A stretch of 64,000 nucleotides of DNA, from contig OZ244239.1 of assembly GCA_965217115.1 (NCBI GenBank), forward strand, positions 704,001 to 768,000. The letters are read 5' to 3'. Source of the stretch: Bdellovibrionales bacterium (GTDB taxonomy: Bacteria > Bdellovibrionota > Bdellovibrionia > Bdellovibrionales > CAYMLA01). This document shows positions 9,176 through 19,615 of this stretch, in pieces. The notes beneath the pieces are model-generated. The model made no database searches. It saw only the letters and a program-made list of their open reading frames with translations, and was not told the DNA's origin. The translations under genes and the position numbers were made by a program. Every line of letters begins with the position of its first letter. The stretch's first letter is position 1.

Positions 9176-11530
9176 TTAACGAATCTCCGTATTTACCGTT
9201 GGAGGATTTGTCAAATTTGAATTTTGAGGATTATAACCACCACTAATTGAACCACTAATTGAACCACTAATTGATCCACCAATTGATCCACCAATTGAAC
9301 TACTTCCTGAAAAGTAAGAACCATTTTGAATTGAGTTAATACGTATTTGAAGTTGCTGTGCCTCAGAATACAAGTTGGTTAATAATCTCTGCTCAGTTGC
9401 CCTTCTCTGATTAGCCTCTTCCAACCGTCGCTGTTGCTCTTGATAAAACCGTTGCTGCTGTTCAAGTAGCTGTCGTTGGTAATCCAAGCCGCCAGTATAC
9501 CCACCGCCAAAAGGACCGCCACCATACTGACCACCGCCAAAAGGACCACCACCATACTGACCACCGCCAAAAGGACCGCCACCATACTGACCACCGCCAA
9601 AAGGACCGCCACCATACTGACCACCGCCAAAAGGACCACCACCATACTGACCGCCGCCAAAAGGACCGCCACCATACTGACCGCCACCAAAAGGACCGCC
9701 ACCAAAAGGACCGCCACCAAAAGGGCCACCGCCAAAAGAGCCGCCGCCAAAAGGGCCACCGCCAAAAGGGCCACCGCCAAAAGAGCCGCCACCAAAAGGA
9801 CCACCGCCAAAAGAGCCGCCACCAAAAGGACCACCGCCAAAAGGACCACCGCCAAAAGGACCACCGCCAAAAGGACCACCGCCAAAAGAGCCGCCACCAA
9901 AAGGACCACCGCCAAAAGAGCCGCCACCAAAAGGGCCACCGCCAAAAGGGCCGCCACCAAAAGGACCACCGCCAAAAGAGCCGCCACCAAAAGGACCACC
10001 GCCAAAAGAGCCGCCACCAAAAGGACCACCGCCAAAAGAGCCGCCACCAAAAGGACCACCGCCAAAAGAGCCGCCACCAAAAGGACCACCGCCAAAAGAG
10101 CCGCCACCAAAAGGGCCACCGCCAAAAGGGCCGCCACCAAAAGGACCACCGCCAAAAGAGCCGCCACCAAAAGGACCACCGCCAAAAGGGCCGCCACCAA
10201 AAGGACCACCGCCAAAAGGGCCGCCACCGTACTGACCACTGCCCCAGCTGCCTCGCAAACTACCGCCACCTGCGATACCTCCAGCGCAACCCATAGAACC
10301 ACCACCTCTTAAAGCTGATACCGCTCCATAAATTCCAGCAGCAGCTAATGGGTAACCGTAACCACGGGAAGGAAAACCTAAATCAGCATTTTGGCTTGCT
10401 GTCTTTTTAGCTAAGCTATAACCAGCATAAGTTTGCAGGATTCCCAATGCTAATCCACTTAATTTATCCCCTGTAGAAGATTTCCTTTTATACCTATAGC
10501 CAGCTCCTTGGCTTCTACACCAAGGACAGTCCGCCTCAGTCCTTTGTTTCTTAAAATCTCTTTTTACTTTTTTGTTTAATCTTCGCTTCTTTTTTCCGAT
10601 CTTTTTATGCAACCTTTTTTTCTGGTTATCTAATTTAACATAGGCTGTTCTTAATTTAGCCATCTTTTTGTATTCATCTTGGGCATTCTTTGCATTTGTT
10701 TTACAATCCTGAGCATCTGCATCCTCATCTTCTAAATACTTTCTCTTACACAATTCCTTGACGTTAAATTTTCCCTTGTTTTTAACATCACAAATTTTAT
10801 AAAAATCTGGATATTCAAATCCAAAATCTTCAGGATTTTTCCCGCCTTCTGTATAAATCACCTTGCCTAAAGAACTCTCCTCATGCTCTGTACAAACTTT
10901 TCTAGTGGTACTAGCCCCACCCGGCCTTAGACTTGTCACTTCCTCTTTTTTGATACAATGCCTTTCTTCTCCAGTACTTATCTCTAGTTTTCCATTACTT
11001 CCTAAAAGTCTATACTCATAACCATCATCTGTAGAATTAGGTAATCTCACATACTTAGGACCTTCACCTTTCCACAAAGATTTTTTATTCTTCTGTGAGT
11101 ATAAAGGCTCAGATAAACTGTTATCAGAATCAACACTTACATACCCTTCATAAGCTGAACAACTCTTCTGATTTTCCACATGATCTTTAAAAGTCTCATG
11201 CGCTAAATCTTCTAAATTATCTTTCAGCTCATCCATTTCAGTCTCAAATTCCTCTTCTGCTTCTTTCATAGCATCTTTGGCTTCGCTATGTTTTTCCATA
11301 AGCGCTTCCATACTCTGATTAAGCTCATCTAAATCATCTACTATATCTGTTGCTCCCTCAGATAAACCAGCAGAGCCACCAGGACAAGATGCTCCACCAG
11401 ACCAGCTACCGTAACCATAGAATCCCATAGCCCCAACTGAAAGGCTCAGCACACTTAAAACAACTATTAGACTTCTCATCATACTGCGTCTCCTAAAGTA
11501 CGCGGTTCTTTCATAGCTCTTGTTCGACAT
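9176..11530 (-). CDS. Secreted protein with a long Gly-rich pentapeptide repeat region
   Basis: Signal peptide, coiled-coil and Cys-containing N-terminal half, about 49 GGGPF/GGGSF/GGGQY units, Q-rich helix, SIGG/SISG tail. Confidence 0.8.
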   Translation of the reverse strand: MSNKSYERTAYFRRRSMMRSLIVVLSVLSLSVGAMGFYGYGSWSGGASCPGGSAGLSEGATDIVDDLDELNQSMEALMEKHSEAKDAMKEAEEEFETEMDELKDNLEDLAHETFKDHVENQKSCSAYEGYVSVDSDNSLSEPLYSQKNKKSLWKGEGPKYVRLPNSTDDGYEYRLLGSNGKLEISTGEERHCIKKEEVTSLRPGGASTTRKVCTEHEESSLGKVIYTEGGKNPEDFGFEYPDFYKICDVKNKGKFNVKELCKRKYLEDEDADAQDCKTNAKNAQDEYKKMAKLRTAYVKLDNQKKRLHKKIGKKKRRLNKKVKRDFKKQRTEADCPWCRSQGAGYRYKRKSSTGDKLSGLALGILQTYAGYSLAKKTASQNADLGFPSRGYGYPLAAAGIYGAVSALRGGGSMGCAGGIAGGGSLRGSWGSGQYGGGPFGGGPFGGGPFGGGPFGGGSFGGGPFGGGPFGGGPFGGGSFGGGPFGGGSFGGGPFGGGSFGGGPFGGGSFGGGPFGGGSFGGGPFGGGPFGGGPFGGGSFGGGPFGGGSFGGGPFGGGPFGGGPFGGGPFGGGSFGGGPFGGGSFGGGPFGGGPFGGGSFGGGPFGGGPFGGGPFGGGQYGGGPFGGGQYGGGPFGGGQYGGGPFGGGQYGGGPFGGGQYGGGPFGGGQYGGGPFGGGYTGGLDYQRQLLEQQQRFYQEQQRRLEEANQRRATEQRLLTNLYSEAQQLQIRINSIQNGSYFSGSSSIGGSIGGSISGSISGSISGGYNPQNSNLTNPPTVNTEIR
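9500..10235. repeat. 15-bp coding tandem repeat (consensus ~CCACCGCCAAAAGGA), about 49 units
   Basis: Read directly from the sequence. Confidence 0.95.
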
Positions 11531-11703
11531 AGAAAAACAAGCACTTAAAAGATATCCTTAATAATTAGACTTTCAACCAGTACTTCTCTTATTTATTCTC
11601 CCACAATAAGCCATAATTCAACAATACCATTAATATCCTCCCTAAAAGTGCCGATTTAGATAGCTCTTATCTTAATAGTTATTTTTACACAAATTGCGGA
11701 CTT

Positions 11704-12789
11704 ATGAAACATACTATTCTTGTTGTAGACGACGAACGCGATAATACTGAGGCTCTAGAGCGACTTTTTAGACAAAAGTACCACGTGCTAAAAGCCCAGT
11801 CTGGTTCTGAAGCTCTCAATATTTTAAAGTCAGAAGATAATGTCCCGCTCATTATATCTGATCAACGTATGCCTGAAATGACAGGAGTTGAATTTCTTGA
11901 GAAATCACTCAGCACCCATCCTGATACTATGAGAATCCTTTTAACAGGTTTTACCGATATTGATTCCGTCATTAGTGCCATTAATTCAGGACAAGTTTAT
12001 CGTTATCTCACTAAACCCTGGGACCCTATAGACCTGCAAGCCACCGTCGATCGAGCAATCGAACAATTTGAACTCTCCCAAAAGATTGTTCGACAGAACA
12101 AAGAACTCTCAGTCTTAGATGAAGCTAAGGATCAGTTCATGATTCTTATCAATCACGAACTAAAAACTCCACTTACTTCAATGTTAAATTTTTTGTCCTT
12201 ACTCAAAGAGTCTGAACTTAACATTGATCAAAGTCTCTACGCAGATCGTATTGAAACTAGTGCTATTAGGCTACAGAAGTTAATCAATCAGTCCCTAAGA
12301 CTTGTCAAGGCAGAAGCTGGCCGTATAAGTATCCATACAAAAACATTCCCCTTAGACCATCTCAGTAATTTTATATTTAATTCCACTCTTCCTAAGAAAA
12401 TTTCTAATAAGAAACAAATTCTAAATATCTCCTTCGAAAAAAACATTCAAACTAAAATTGATTCCGAAATTATCTCCAGCTGTTTACATGAACTCATACA
12501 AAATGCCCATCAATTTTCTCCACAGGGCGCCTCTATTAACTTAAAATCTCAAATTCAAGACAAACAGATCATTATCACTGTCTCTAATACTGGGATTTCC
12601 ATGACACAAGAAGTGATTCATAAAATACTCAAACCTTTCAGCCTTAACGAGGATATTATGAATCACAGCAAAGGCCTCGGGCTTGGGCTAAGTCTTACCA
12701 GTGCTTTGCTTAAAACCCATAAAACCGAACTAAAGATAGAATCCAGTGTAGACTCTGTCTCTATGAGCTTCTCTCTGCCAAAAGCATAA
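11704..12789 (+). CDS. Hybrid receiver domain / histidine kinase
   Basis: ILVVDDE, ISDQRMPEMTG, LTKPWD; INHELKTPL, ELIQNA, GLGLGL. Confidence 0.92.
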   Translation: MKHTILVVDDERDNTEALERLFRQKYHVLKAQSGSEALNILKSEDNVPLIISDQRMPEMTGVEFLEKSLSTHPDTMRILLTGFTDIDSVISAINSGQVYRYLTKPWDPIDLQATVDRAIEQFELSQKIVRQNKELSVLDEAKDQFMILINHELKTPLTSMLNFLSLLKESELNIDQSLYADRIETSAIRLQKLINQSLRLVKAEAGRISIHTKTFPLDHLSNFIFNSTLPKKISNKKQILNISFEKNIQTKIDSEIISSCLHELIQNAHQFSPQGASINLKSQIQDKQIIITVSNTGISMTQEVIHKILKPFSLNEDIMNHSKGLGLGLSLTSALLKTHKTELKIESSVDSVSMSFSLPKA

Positions 12790-12827
12790 TAACATTCCTT
12801 CAACAAGCATCGTGCCTTGTTCTATGA

Positions 12828-14018
12828 ACTTTAAATATCTGAACAACTTCCCCCCCCCAATATCTCCATTACCCCCATTCCATAAAATTCCCAAAACAGA
12901 GTCTTTAAAGTAGATGTTTGTTTTTTTGCGAGTTCGGATTGGTGCGATGCTCGCAAAGCGAGCCACGCTGCCAAACGAATGTCTGAGCAAAAAAATAAAC
13001 ATCTACTTTAAAGACACTCTTCTTGCTAGAAATTTAAATTTTATAACTTACCACATAGACAAGATCATACCTAAGATCGCTATAATAACCCATTAGTACC
13101 TATACTTTAAATATCTGAACACCCCCCCTCCAAGCTCTCCATTACCCCCATTCCATAAAATTCCCAAAACAGAGTCTTTAAAGTAGATGTCTATTTTTTT
13201 GCGAGTTCGGATTGGTGCGATGCTCGCAAAGCGAGCCACGCTGCCAAACGAATGTCTGAGCAAAAGAATAAACATCTACTTTAAAGACACTCTTCTTGCT
13301 AGAAATTTAAACTTTATAACTTACCACATAGACAGAGATCATACCTAAGATCGCTATAATAACCCATTAGTACCTATACTTTAAATATCTGAACACCTCC
13401 CCTCCAAAATCTCCATTACCCCCATTCCATAAAATTCCCAAAACAGAGTCTTTAAAGTAGATGTTTGTTTTTTTGCGAGTTCGGATTGGTGCGATGCTCG
13501 CAAAGCGAGCCACGCTGCCAAACGAATGTCTGAGCAAAAGAATAAACATCTACTTTAAAGACACTCTTCTTGCTAGAAATTTAAACTTTATAACTTACCA
13601 CATAGACAGAGATCATACCTAAGATCGCTATAATAACCCATTAGTACCTATACTTTAAATATCTGAACACCTCCCCTCCAAAATCTCCATTACCCCCATT
13701 CCATAAAATTCCCAAAAAGAGTCTTTAAAGTAGATGTTTGTTTTTTTGCGAGTTCGGATTGGTGCGATGCTCGCAAAGCGAGCCACGCTGCCAAACGAAT
13801 GTCTGAGCAAAAGAATAAACATCTACTTTAAAGACGCTCTTCTTGCTAGAAATTTAAACTTTGTAACTTACCACATAGACAGAGATCATACCTAAGATCG
13901 CTATAATAACCCATTAGTGCCTATACTTTAAAGACACTCTTCTTGCTAGAATTTTAAACTTTGTAACTTACCGCATAGACAGAGATCATACCCAAGATAG
14001 CTATGATGATCCATAGTC
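12828..14018. repeat. Tandem array of four ~274-bp units plus a deleted fifth; each unit holds a ~120-bp palindromic element and a copy of the 3' end of the downstream gene
   Basis: Unit starts (ACTTTAAA) at 12828, 13104, 13378, 13652 and 13925; hairpins at about 12899-13019, 13172-13293, 13446-13567 and 13719-13840. Confidence 0.95.
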
Positions 14019-14310
14019 CTTGCGCTTTCTCAGGCATTTTTTTAATAAAAGCAATGATGCCGCCTAAAATAAGCCAGATCACTAATTTGATGTAAATCCA
14101 AGGGGGCAAACCGCCTGTTATCCCCAAACGGGCGAGCATACCAAAGCCACCAACTAAAATAACTAGAAGAGACAGACCGTGAGTTATACCCATCCATTTT
14201 GGCCATGCCTCTTGGGGGTTTATTAATCGCACTGTGGCCATAGAGGCTAAGCACATAAAGAGAATAAGAATAGATGAAATGTGCATAAAATGATAAGATG
14301 AATAACTCAT
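13954..14310 (-). CDS. Small four-helix membrane protein (SirB2-like)
   Basis: HG.SLLVILVGGFGMLARLG..GGLPPWIYIKLVIW pattern. Confidence 0.7.
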   Translation of the reverse strand: MSYSSYHFMHISSILILFMCLASMATVRLINPQEAWPKWMGITHGLSLLVILVGGFGMLARLGITGGLPPWIYIKLVIWLILGGIIAFIKKMPEKAQGLWIIIAILGMISVYAVSYKV

Positions 14311-14512
14311 GGAGAACCCTCTTTGTTTCTTAATTAATAAAAATTTTATCTCAAATTTACTCAGAAGTTATTTCAAAGTGATATATTATAGACCTTCGTC
14401 GAGACACACAATGGATAAACACCCTCCATTCCATCACTTAACGTTCAGATTGCAGCGTCTCTCACTTTCCAAACCACGCCGTTGTTCCCAGTCAAATGCA
14501 GATTTCAACTAA

Positions 14513-14632
14513 GAGTTTTTTTAATGTGCTTTTATTATTTAGCGAGTTCGGATTGGTGCGATGCTCGCAAAGCGAGCGGCGCTGCCGAACGCAATGTCTG
14601 AGCTAAATAATGAAAGCACATTAAAAAAACTC
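14513..14632. repeat. Solo palindromic REP/REPIN-like element, same core as the tandem-array copies but different arms
   Basis: Arms GAGTTTTTTTAATGTGCTTTTATTATTTAGC / GCTAAATAATGAAAGCACATTAAAAAAACTC around the shared core. Confidence 0.85.
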
Positions 14633-14654
14633 CTTATTTGCCCAAATCAAAAAC

Positions 14655-15782
14655 CTATTGGTGAATTTCGTATTTAAGAAACCGACAATCCACCCCCCCA
14701 TTTTTAACTGGATATTTACGAGCTGTCTTCATACTCAAAAGAGGCGTTAAGTCTTTATTGCCTGCTAAAACCCAAACTGTCCAACCTTTGAAGTGAGTTT
14801 TAAGCGTAAAACCAAGATCTCGATAAACATCTTTAAGGTTCTCCTCTTCACCCATACGAATTGCATAGGGAGGGTTCGTCACCACAATTCCTTTTTTACA
14901 AGGGGCCTCTAAAGTCGTCACATCCCCACGTTTAATCTCTATCAACGACGCCACACCTGCGGCTTTAACATTAGCTATCGCATGTCTTAAAGCCTTGCGA
15001 TCTCGATCAAAACCATAAAGTTCACAATCAACCTCATCTAATTCTTTCTCCAAAACTTCATCTAAAATTTTTTGATATTTTTCTTCATTAAATTTTTTGT
15101 GCTCCATAAAAATAAAACGATTTCGCAAAGTTCCCGGACCCACACGCAAAGCCTTCAACGCTGCTTCAATAAGAAACGTTCCAGAACCACACATCGGGTC
15201 AACCAAGTTACTACAGCCATCCCACTCAGCTATCGCAAGAAGTCCCGCCGCTAGATTCTCCTTGATAGGAGCCTCTCCCACTTGTTTACGATAACCTCTT
15301 TTGAATAAACTCTCTCCTGTCATATCTAAAGACACATCATAACGATCCCGCACTCCACGAATCTGAATTCTTAACTGAGCCTCCATTTTATCCACGTCAG
15401 GCCGAATATTAAATTTATCACGAAACTGATCTGCTACTGCATCTTTGACTTTCATTGCAAGCAGTCTTTGATCCCTAATTAAACACTCTCGAATAGAGGC
15501 ATCCACATACATTTTTCCATTTGGTTCAATGTACTTAGTAAAATCTAGTTTTTGAATATTACTATAAACCTCATCAGGGTTCTTTGCATAAAACCTTGAT
15601 AAAGGTTTTATGAAACGACTAGCAATTCGTGATTCTAAATGAACGCGATAGATTCCCATAATATCCGTCTTAAAGATCACCTCAGAGGCGTTGTTTTCCT
15701 GAACATCAACCCCTTGCTCCCTCAACTCAGAAGACAAGACATCTCCCAGCCCCTTAGCTGTTAGTGCAATATAGGTTTCCAC
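14655..15782 (-). CDS. rlmL: THUMP-domain 23S rRNA methyltransferase (stand-alone RlmL-type)
   Basis: SLFKRGYR, APIKENLAAGLL, DPMCGSGT..IEAA, VTNPPY. Confidence 0.85.
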   Translation of the reverse strand: METYIALTAKGLGDVLSSELREQGVDVQENNASEVIFKTDIMGIYRVHLESRIASRFIKPLSRFYAKNPDEVYSNIQKLDFTKYIEPNGKMYVDASIRECLIRDQRLLAMKVKDAVADQFRDKFNIRPDVDKMEAQLRIQIRGVRDRYDVSLDMTGESLFKRGYRKQVGEAPIKENLAAGLLAIAEWDGCSNLVDPMCGSGTFLIEAALKALRVGPGTLRNRFIFMEHKKFNEEKYQKILDEVLEKELDEVDCELYGFDRDRKALRHAIANVKAAGVASLIEIKRGDVTTLEAPCKKGIVVTNPPYAIRMGEEENLKDVYRDLGFTLKTHFKGWTVWVLAGNKDLTPLLSMKTARKYPVKNGGVDCRFLKYEIHQ

Positions 15783-15992
15783 TTCTCACTCCTTGCCACG
15801 GGTGACATTAACGCAATACAGATCTGGACAGATACAGGTCTTCTCCTGCGAGGTCAAACACATCCTAACTCTATCCATAAAATGCATAAATTATCCACTT
15901 TGACCTTTAAATAAGTCCACTGTATAAATTGACTATAAAAAATCTCGTTTATTGATACTAATAAGCTATATTATTTGTAGGAGACTTAATCA

Positions 15993-17645
15993 ATGTCAGA
16001 CACCTTCCAGCCCCTCAGATACCAAAAACCACTTGATCACGGAAAATTAATTCTGAACGAAAAACCTGATAATGACGCCGTTCCTATGGATGTTCTTTTT
16101 GTCGGAGGCGGACCCGCTGGCTTATCTGGAGCCATTGAACTAGCAAAACTCATCAAAAAAGACTCTGAAAATGGCGGTAACTTAGGAGACATAGAAATTG
16201 GCATTTTAGAAAAATCAGCCAATCTCGGTGAACATTGCCTCTCTGGGGCCGTCATAAATCCCTGTGTTTTTGAAGAACTCTTCCCTGAAAAAGAAATCTC
16301 TGAGTTTCCTTTTCGACAGAAAGTCGAACATGATGCTACCTACATTTTAACAAAGAACACCCATATACCAATTCCAACTCCCCCAACAATGCACAATAAA
16401 GGCAATTATGTTGGCTCTATCTGCGAAGCTGTTCGTTGGCTAGGGGAGCAAGCCGAGGAAATGGGTATCAATATACTTCCTGGTTTCCCTGCCGCATCTC
16501 TACTCGTAGACGATAAAACAGTGATCGGCGTTAGAACCGCTGAAACAGGTCTTAATAGAGATCATTCCCAGAGCGACAATCATATGCCAGCAACTGATCT
16601 AACAGCTCAAGTCACTGTCCTCACCGAAGGAACACGCGGACCGCTTGGACAAGCCTATCGACAATGGCAAGGTATCACTTCTCCAAATCCACAAATTTTT
16701 GCTCTCGGTGTTAAAGAAATTTGGAAAGTTAAGAAAGCTCCAAAAAAAGTTATCCACACTCTTGGCTGGCCTCTCTCCTCTGATGTTTTTGGTGGAAGTT
16801 TTATGTACCCAATGGGTGATGATCAGATAGCTCTTGGCATTGTTGTTGGGCTTGATCACAAACAAAACAACCTAGATACTCACCGTCTTCTTCAGCAAAT
16901 CAAAGAACATTCTTTATTCAAATCATACCTCGAAGATGGGGAACTCATCGAGTGGGGCGCAAAAACGATTCCCGAAGGTGGACACTATTCTCTACCCGAA
17001 AGATTCCATGGTGACGGTCTGCTCATGGCTGGAGACACCGTTGGTTTTGTTAATGTTCCTGCGATTAAAGGCATCCACTATGCCATGAAATCAGGAGTTC
17101 TCGCAGCTCGTACCATATTCAAAGCCTTAAAAGAAAAAAATACCAAGGCCGATCAATTAAGAATCTATGACGATATGATTAGAAATAGTTTTATTCAAAA
17201 AGATATGTACGAAACACGCAATATGCGTCTAGCCTTCAAAAATGGCTTTTTCTTAGGTGGACTCAAAGCTGGTTTAATGACTGCAACCAAAGGGGCTTTT
17301 CCTGGGAAACAAATCAAAATCGTCGAAGACGCCGCTGTTTTTAAGTCCTCCGGAGACTCTCTAGAGCCAGTCAATACCCCCCTTAGTAAGGCCGATGCCG
17401 TTTATCAATCTGGTAATAAAACTAGGGACGACGCCCCCTCACACTTAGACGAACAAGAAAATCTCCCCGAAGAGATTGTCGATATGTACGTAGCCATGTG
17501 TCCAGCGGGAGTTTATGAAAAAAATGGCAAAAAAACACTTCTAATTAACACACCAAACTGTGTCGACTGCAAAGCTACAGACATCCTCGGACCACGTTGG
17601 GAAGCAAGAGAAGGGGGTTCAGGCCCTTCCTATCAACAAATGTAG
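15993..17645 (+). CDS. Electron transfer flavoprotein-ubiquinone oxidoreductase
   Basis: VGGGPAGL, LSGAV, LGVKEIW, HTLGWPL, WGAKTIPEGG, IKGIHYAMKSG, CPAGVYE, EGGSGP. Confidence 0.93.
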   Translation: MSDTFQPLRYQKPLDHGKLILNEKPDNDAVPMDVLFVGGGPAGLSGAIELAKLIKKDSENGGNLGDIEIGILEKSANLGEHCLSGAVINPCVFEELFPEKEISEFPFRQKVEHDATYILTKNTHIPIPTPPTMHNKGNYVGSICEAVRWLGEQAEEMGINILPGFPAASLLVDDKTVIGVRTAETGLNRDHSQSDNHMPATDLTAQVTVLTEGTRGPLGQAYRQWQGITSPNPQIFALGVKEIWKVKKAPKKVIHTLGWPLSSDVFGGSFMYPMGDDQIALGIVVGLDHKQNNLDTHRLLQQIKEHSLFKSYLEDGELIEWGAKTIPEGGHYSLPERFHGDGLLMAGDTVGFVNVPAIKGIHYAMKSGVLAARTIFKALKEKNTKADQLRIYDDMIRNSFIQKDMYETRNMRLAFKNGFFLGGLKAGLMTATKGAFPGKQIKIVEDAAVFKSSGDSLEPVNTPLSKADAVYQSGNKTRDDAPSHLDEQENLPEEIVDMYVAMCPAGVYEKNGKKTLLINTPNCVDCKATDILGPRWEAREGGSGPSYQQM

Positions 17646-17667
17646 CTCTTGCTAGATCGGTAACCAT

Positions 17668-17916
17668 TTATTGCTCGCTAAGAATCTCTTTCTGAACAAC
17701 TAGAAGATTTACGACCCTAGCGGGATAAGGTAAATTCTCCTGCACCTGCAAGGATCGCTCATCGACACCTCCAGGATAAAGGCGTTTCTTAGCTCGTAAG
17801 TCCAACTCCTGATCTTTTTGAAGATCAGCCTGTTCCTGAGAAAAAACAAGCGAGAACGGTAAAAGCAAGAAGAGTATCAATAGCAGAGAGGACATTTTTT
17901 TTATTCTATCATTCAT
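17668..17916 (-). CDS. Small exported hypothetical protein
   Basis: Signal peptide, RBS (GAGG), RAKKRLYPGG.DE..LQVQ. Confidence 0.6.
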   Translation of the reverse strand: MNDRIKKMSSLLLILFLLLPFSLVFSQEQADLQKDQELDLRAKKRLYPGGVDERSLQVQENLPYPARVVNLLVVQKEILSEQ

Positions 17917-18052
17917 CTTTTTATTCTACCTCTTTGATCGTACTCAGAGCTTTAGCATGACTAATATCAAAAACAAAGACAAGAAAAAAGGGAGTTTCTA
18001 GGCTCCCTCTTATATATCTATTCAAATTTAAAGTACAATCTAAGTACAAATT

Positions 18053-18289
18053 TTAACTTTTATTAGAAGACACCGACTCTACAAGTTTAATATTTGAATA
18101 ATCAATAAAGCCCTCTTTCTTCAGAAGCCCCTTCTCTTTGTCAAAGTGAGTTTGAACATTAACACCCTGAACCTTAACCTTTAAACTGTCTCTGTTCATA
18201 AGCAAAACAGAACCTTTTGTCCCTTTACTTGACCCAGCTATGACCTCGACCATATCACCTTTTTTAATTTTTAATTTCATCTTTCCCAT
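18053..18289 (-). CDS. rplX: 50S ribosomal protein L24 (short, outside the spc operon)
   Basis: KIKKGDMVEVIAGSSKG KOW motif, EGFIDYSNI. Confidence 0.9.
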   Translation of the reverse strand: MGKMKLKIKKGDMVEVIAGSSKGTKGSVLLMNRDSLKVKVQGVNVQTHFDKEKGLLKKEGFIDYSNIKLVESVSSNKS

Positions 18290-18314
18290 TTATCTAGGCC
18301 CCTAATCAATTTTT

Positions 18315-18605
18315 CTATTTGTTTTTTCTATTGAGCTTAGCTCTTACTCTTTTGTAAACAGCTTGCGCTCTTTTAGACATTTTTTCAACTGGCGTCCTTA
18401 AAATAAACGTATCGAACCCACCCTGGTGCTCCATCGTCCTCAAAGTGGTCATTGCCATTTTGAAACTCACCATCTGGTTCAAGACCCGACTATAAACACG
18501 TTTTTTTTGTATATTAGGTTGCGCAACACTCTTAGTCTTGATGTTCGAGTGACTCACCAAATTTTTTACAACAGGCCCTTTGCCCGTCAGCTCACAGCGA
18601 CTCAT
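18315..18605 (-). CDS. rpmB: 50S ribosomal protein L28
   Basis: MSRCELTGKGP...VSHSNIKTK...PNIQ. Confidence 0.95.
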   Translation of the reverse strand: MSRCELTGKGPVVKNLVSHSNIKTKSVAQPNIQKKRVYSRVLNQMVSFKMAMTTLRTMEHQGGFDTFILRTPVEKMSKRAQAVYKRVRAKLNRKNK

Positions 18606-18922
18606 TTTCTAACTCCTAATATATCCCAAAATACCGAATAAAAACATGGAGATACTCATATATTCTAAAAAGCCTCCTCTTGGCAACATAATTTTCTGTT
18701 TCAGGCCCTTTTCTTCATCACTGCCTCCCTTCTATTTGACTCATTTTGCCAAAAAACCAATGTTTTTCATTGCTATTAGTATCTCAATAGCTGTATACAA
18801 TTGGACTGTCTTGGGAGATAAGAGCTTTAAGAGGTTAAAAACACTTGATTTCTAGAAACACTTATTTGCCAGCTCAGAGACTTTTAATTTAGAGACAAAA
18901 TAGAAACAAAGGATTAGAAAAT

Positions 18923-19195
18923 ATGCTCAAACAAGGCACTAGAGGTAAATACCGCACTGAATTTTCTGGAGACTACCAGTTTGATTATAAAAACCCATAT
19001 CTTTTAGGACGTTTTCTCAGCGAAGCTGGAAAGATCACTCCCGCTCGTATTTCTAAGTTAAGTCTAAATCAACAGAGAAAGCTTGCAGCGGCTATTAAGA
19101 AATCTCGCAATCTTTCCCTTATCCCAATAGGCTCTCACGCCTACGACTCAGCTCATAGACCTGAGATTGTTTCTCCAGTCCCCTTTGAGTATTAA
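18923..19195 (+). CDS. rpsR: 30S ribosomal protein S18 (no Zn-ribbon cysteines)
   Basis: DYKN..LL.RFLSEAGKITPARIS...QQRKLAAAIKKSR.L.LIP. Confidence 0.93.
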   Translation: MLKQGTRGKYRTEFSGDYQFDYKNPYLLGRFLSEAGKITPARISKLSLNQQRKLAAAIKKSRNLSLIPIGSHAYDSAHRPEIVSPVPFEY

Positions 19196-19393
19196 AAATA
19201 CACTTAATTAAATAATTCTTTAAATGTTAAAGGCCCGATTCCTGGAATGCGGACCTATTATTTGTTTATTTCAAGTAAAATACTCCTCTTCTTTTCTCTA
19301 TAATCATTTATTTAGCCTCTACACGCAGAGAGCCTTGGCCTTCCTATTGCTTTAAGAAAGTGGAACCGAACACACATACAAGGGGGTCACTTA

Positions 19394-19609
19394 ATGAAAA
19401 AATATATGGGAATCAAATGGATCAAAACTCTCAAAAAACAATTAAAAGAATTTGGACTTGATCATCATCAATGGGAGATTGTTAAAATCACTAATAATTA
19501 TGGCGAACTTACCTATAAAAAAGATCCAGATATTCGCCTGGGGGGGCAGATCAGAAAAAAACAAGGCTTACTCCAATGGAGTCGCCTCTCCCTGGTTTCA
19601 TTCTTATAA
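19394..19609 (+). CDS. Hypothetical protein
   Basis: ORF with RBS AAGGGG; no recognised motif. Confidence 0.55.
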   Translation: MKKYMGIKWIKTLKKQLKEFGLDHHQWEIVKITNNYGELTYKKDPDIRLGGQIRKKQGLLQWSRLSLVSFL

Positions 19610-19615
19610 AACGAT

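Noticed and set aside
9379..10312. 308-aa (VALLA repeat) and 278-aa (TAKR repeat) ORFs
   Set aside because: Alternative-frame shadows of the 15-bp repeat inside the Gly-rich gene
12730..13549. Repeated 60-90 aa ORFs (MFILLLRHSFG...)
   Set aside because: By-products of the palindromic tandem repeat; no RBS or protein features
12828..13960. CRISPR array interpretation
   Set aside because: Units are ~274 bp and near-identical throughout, with no unique spacers and no cas genes
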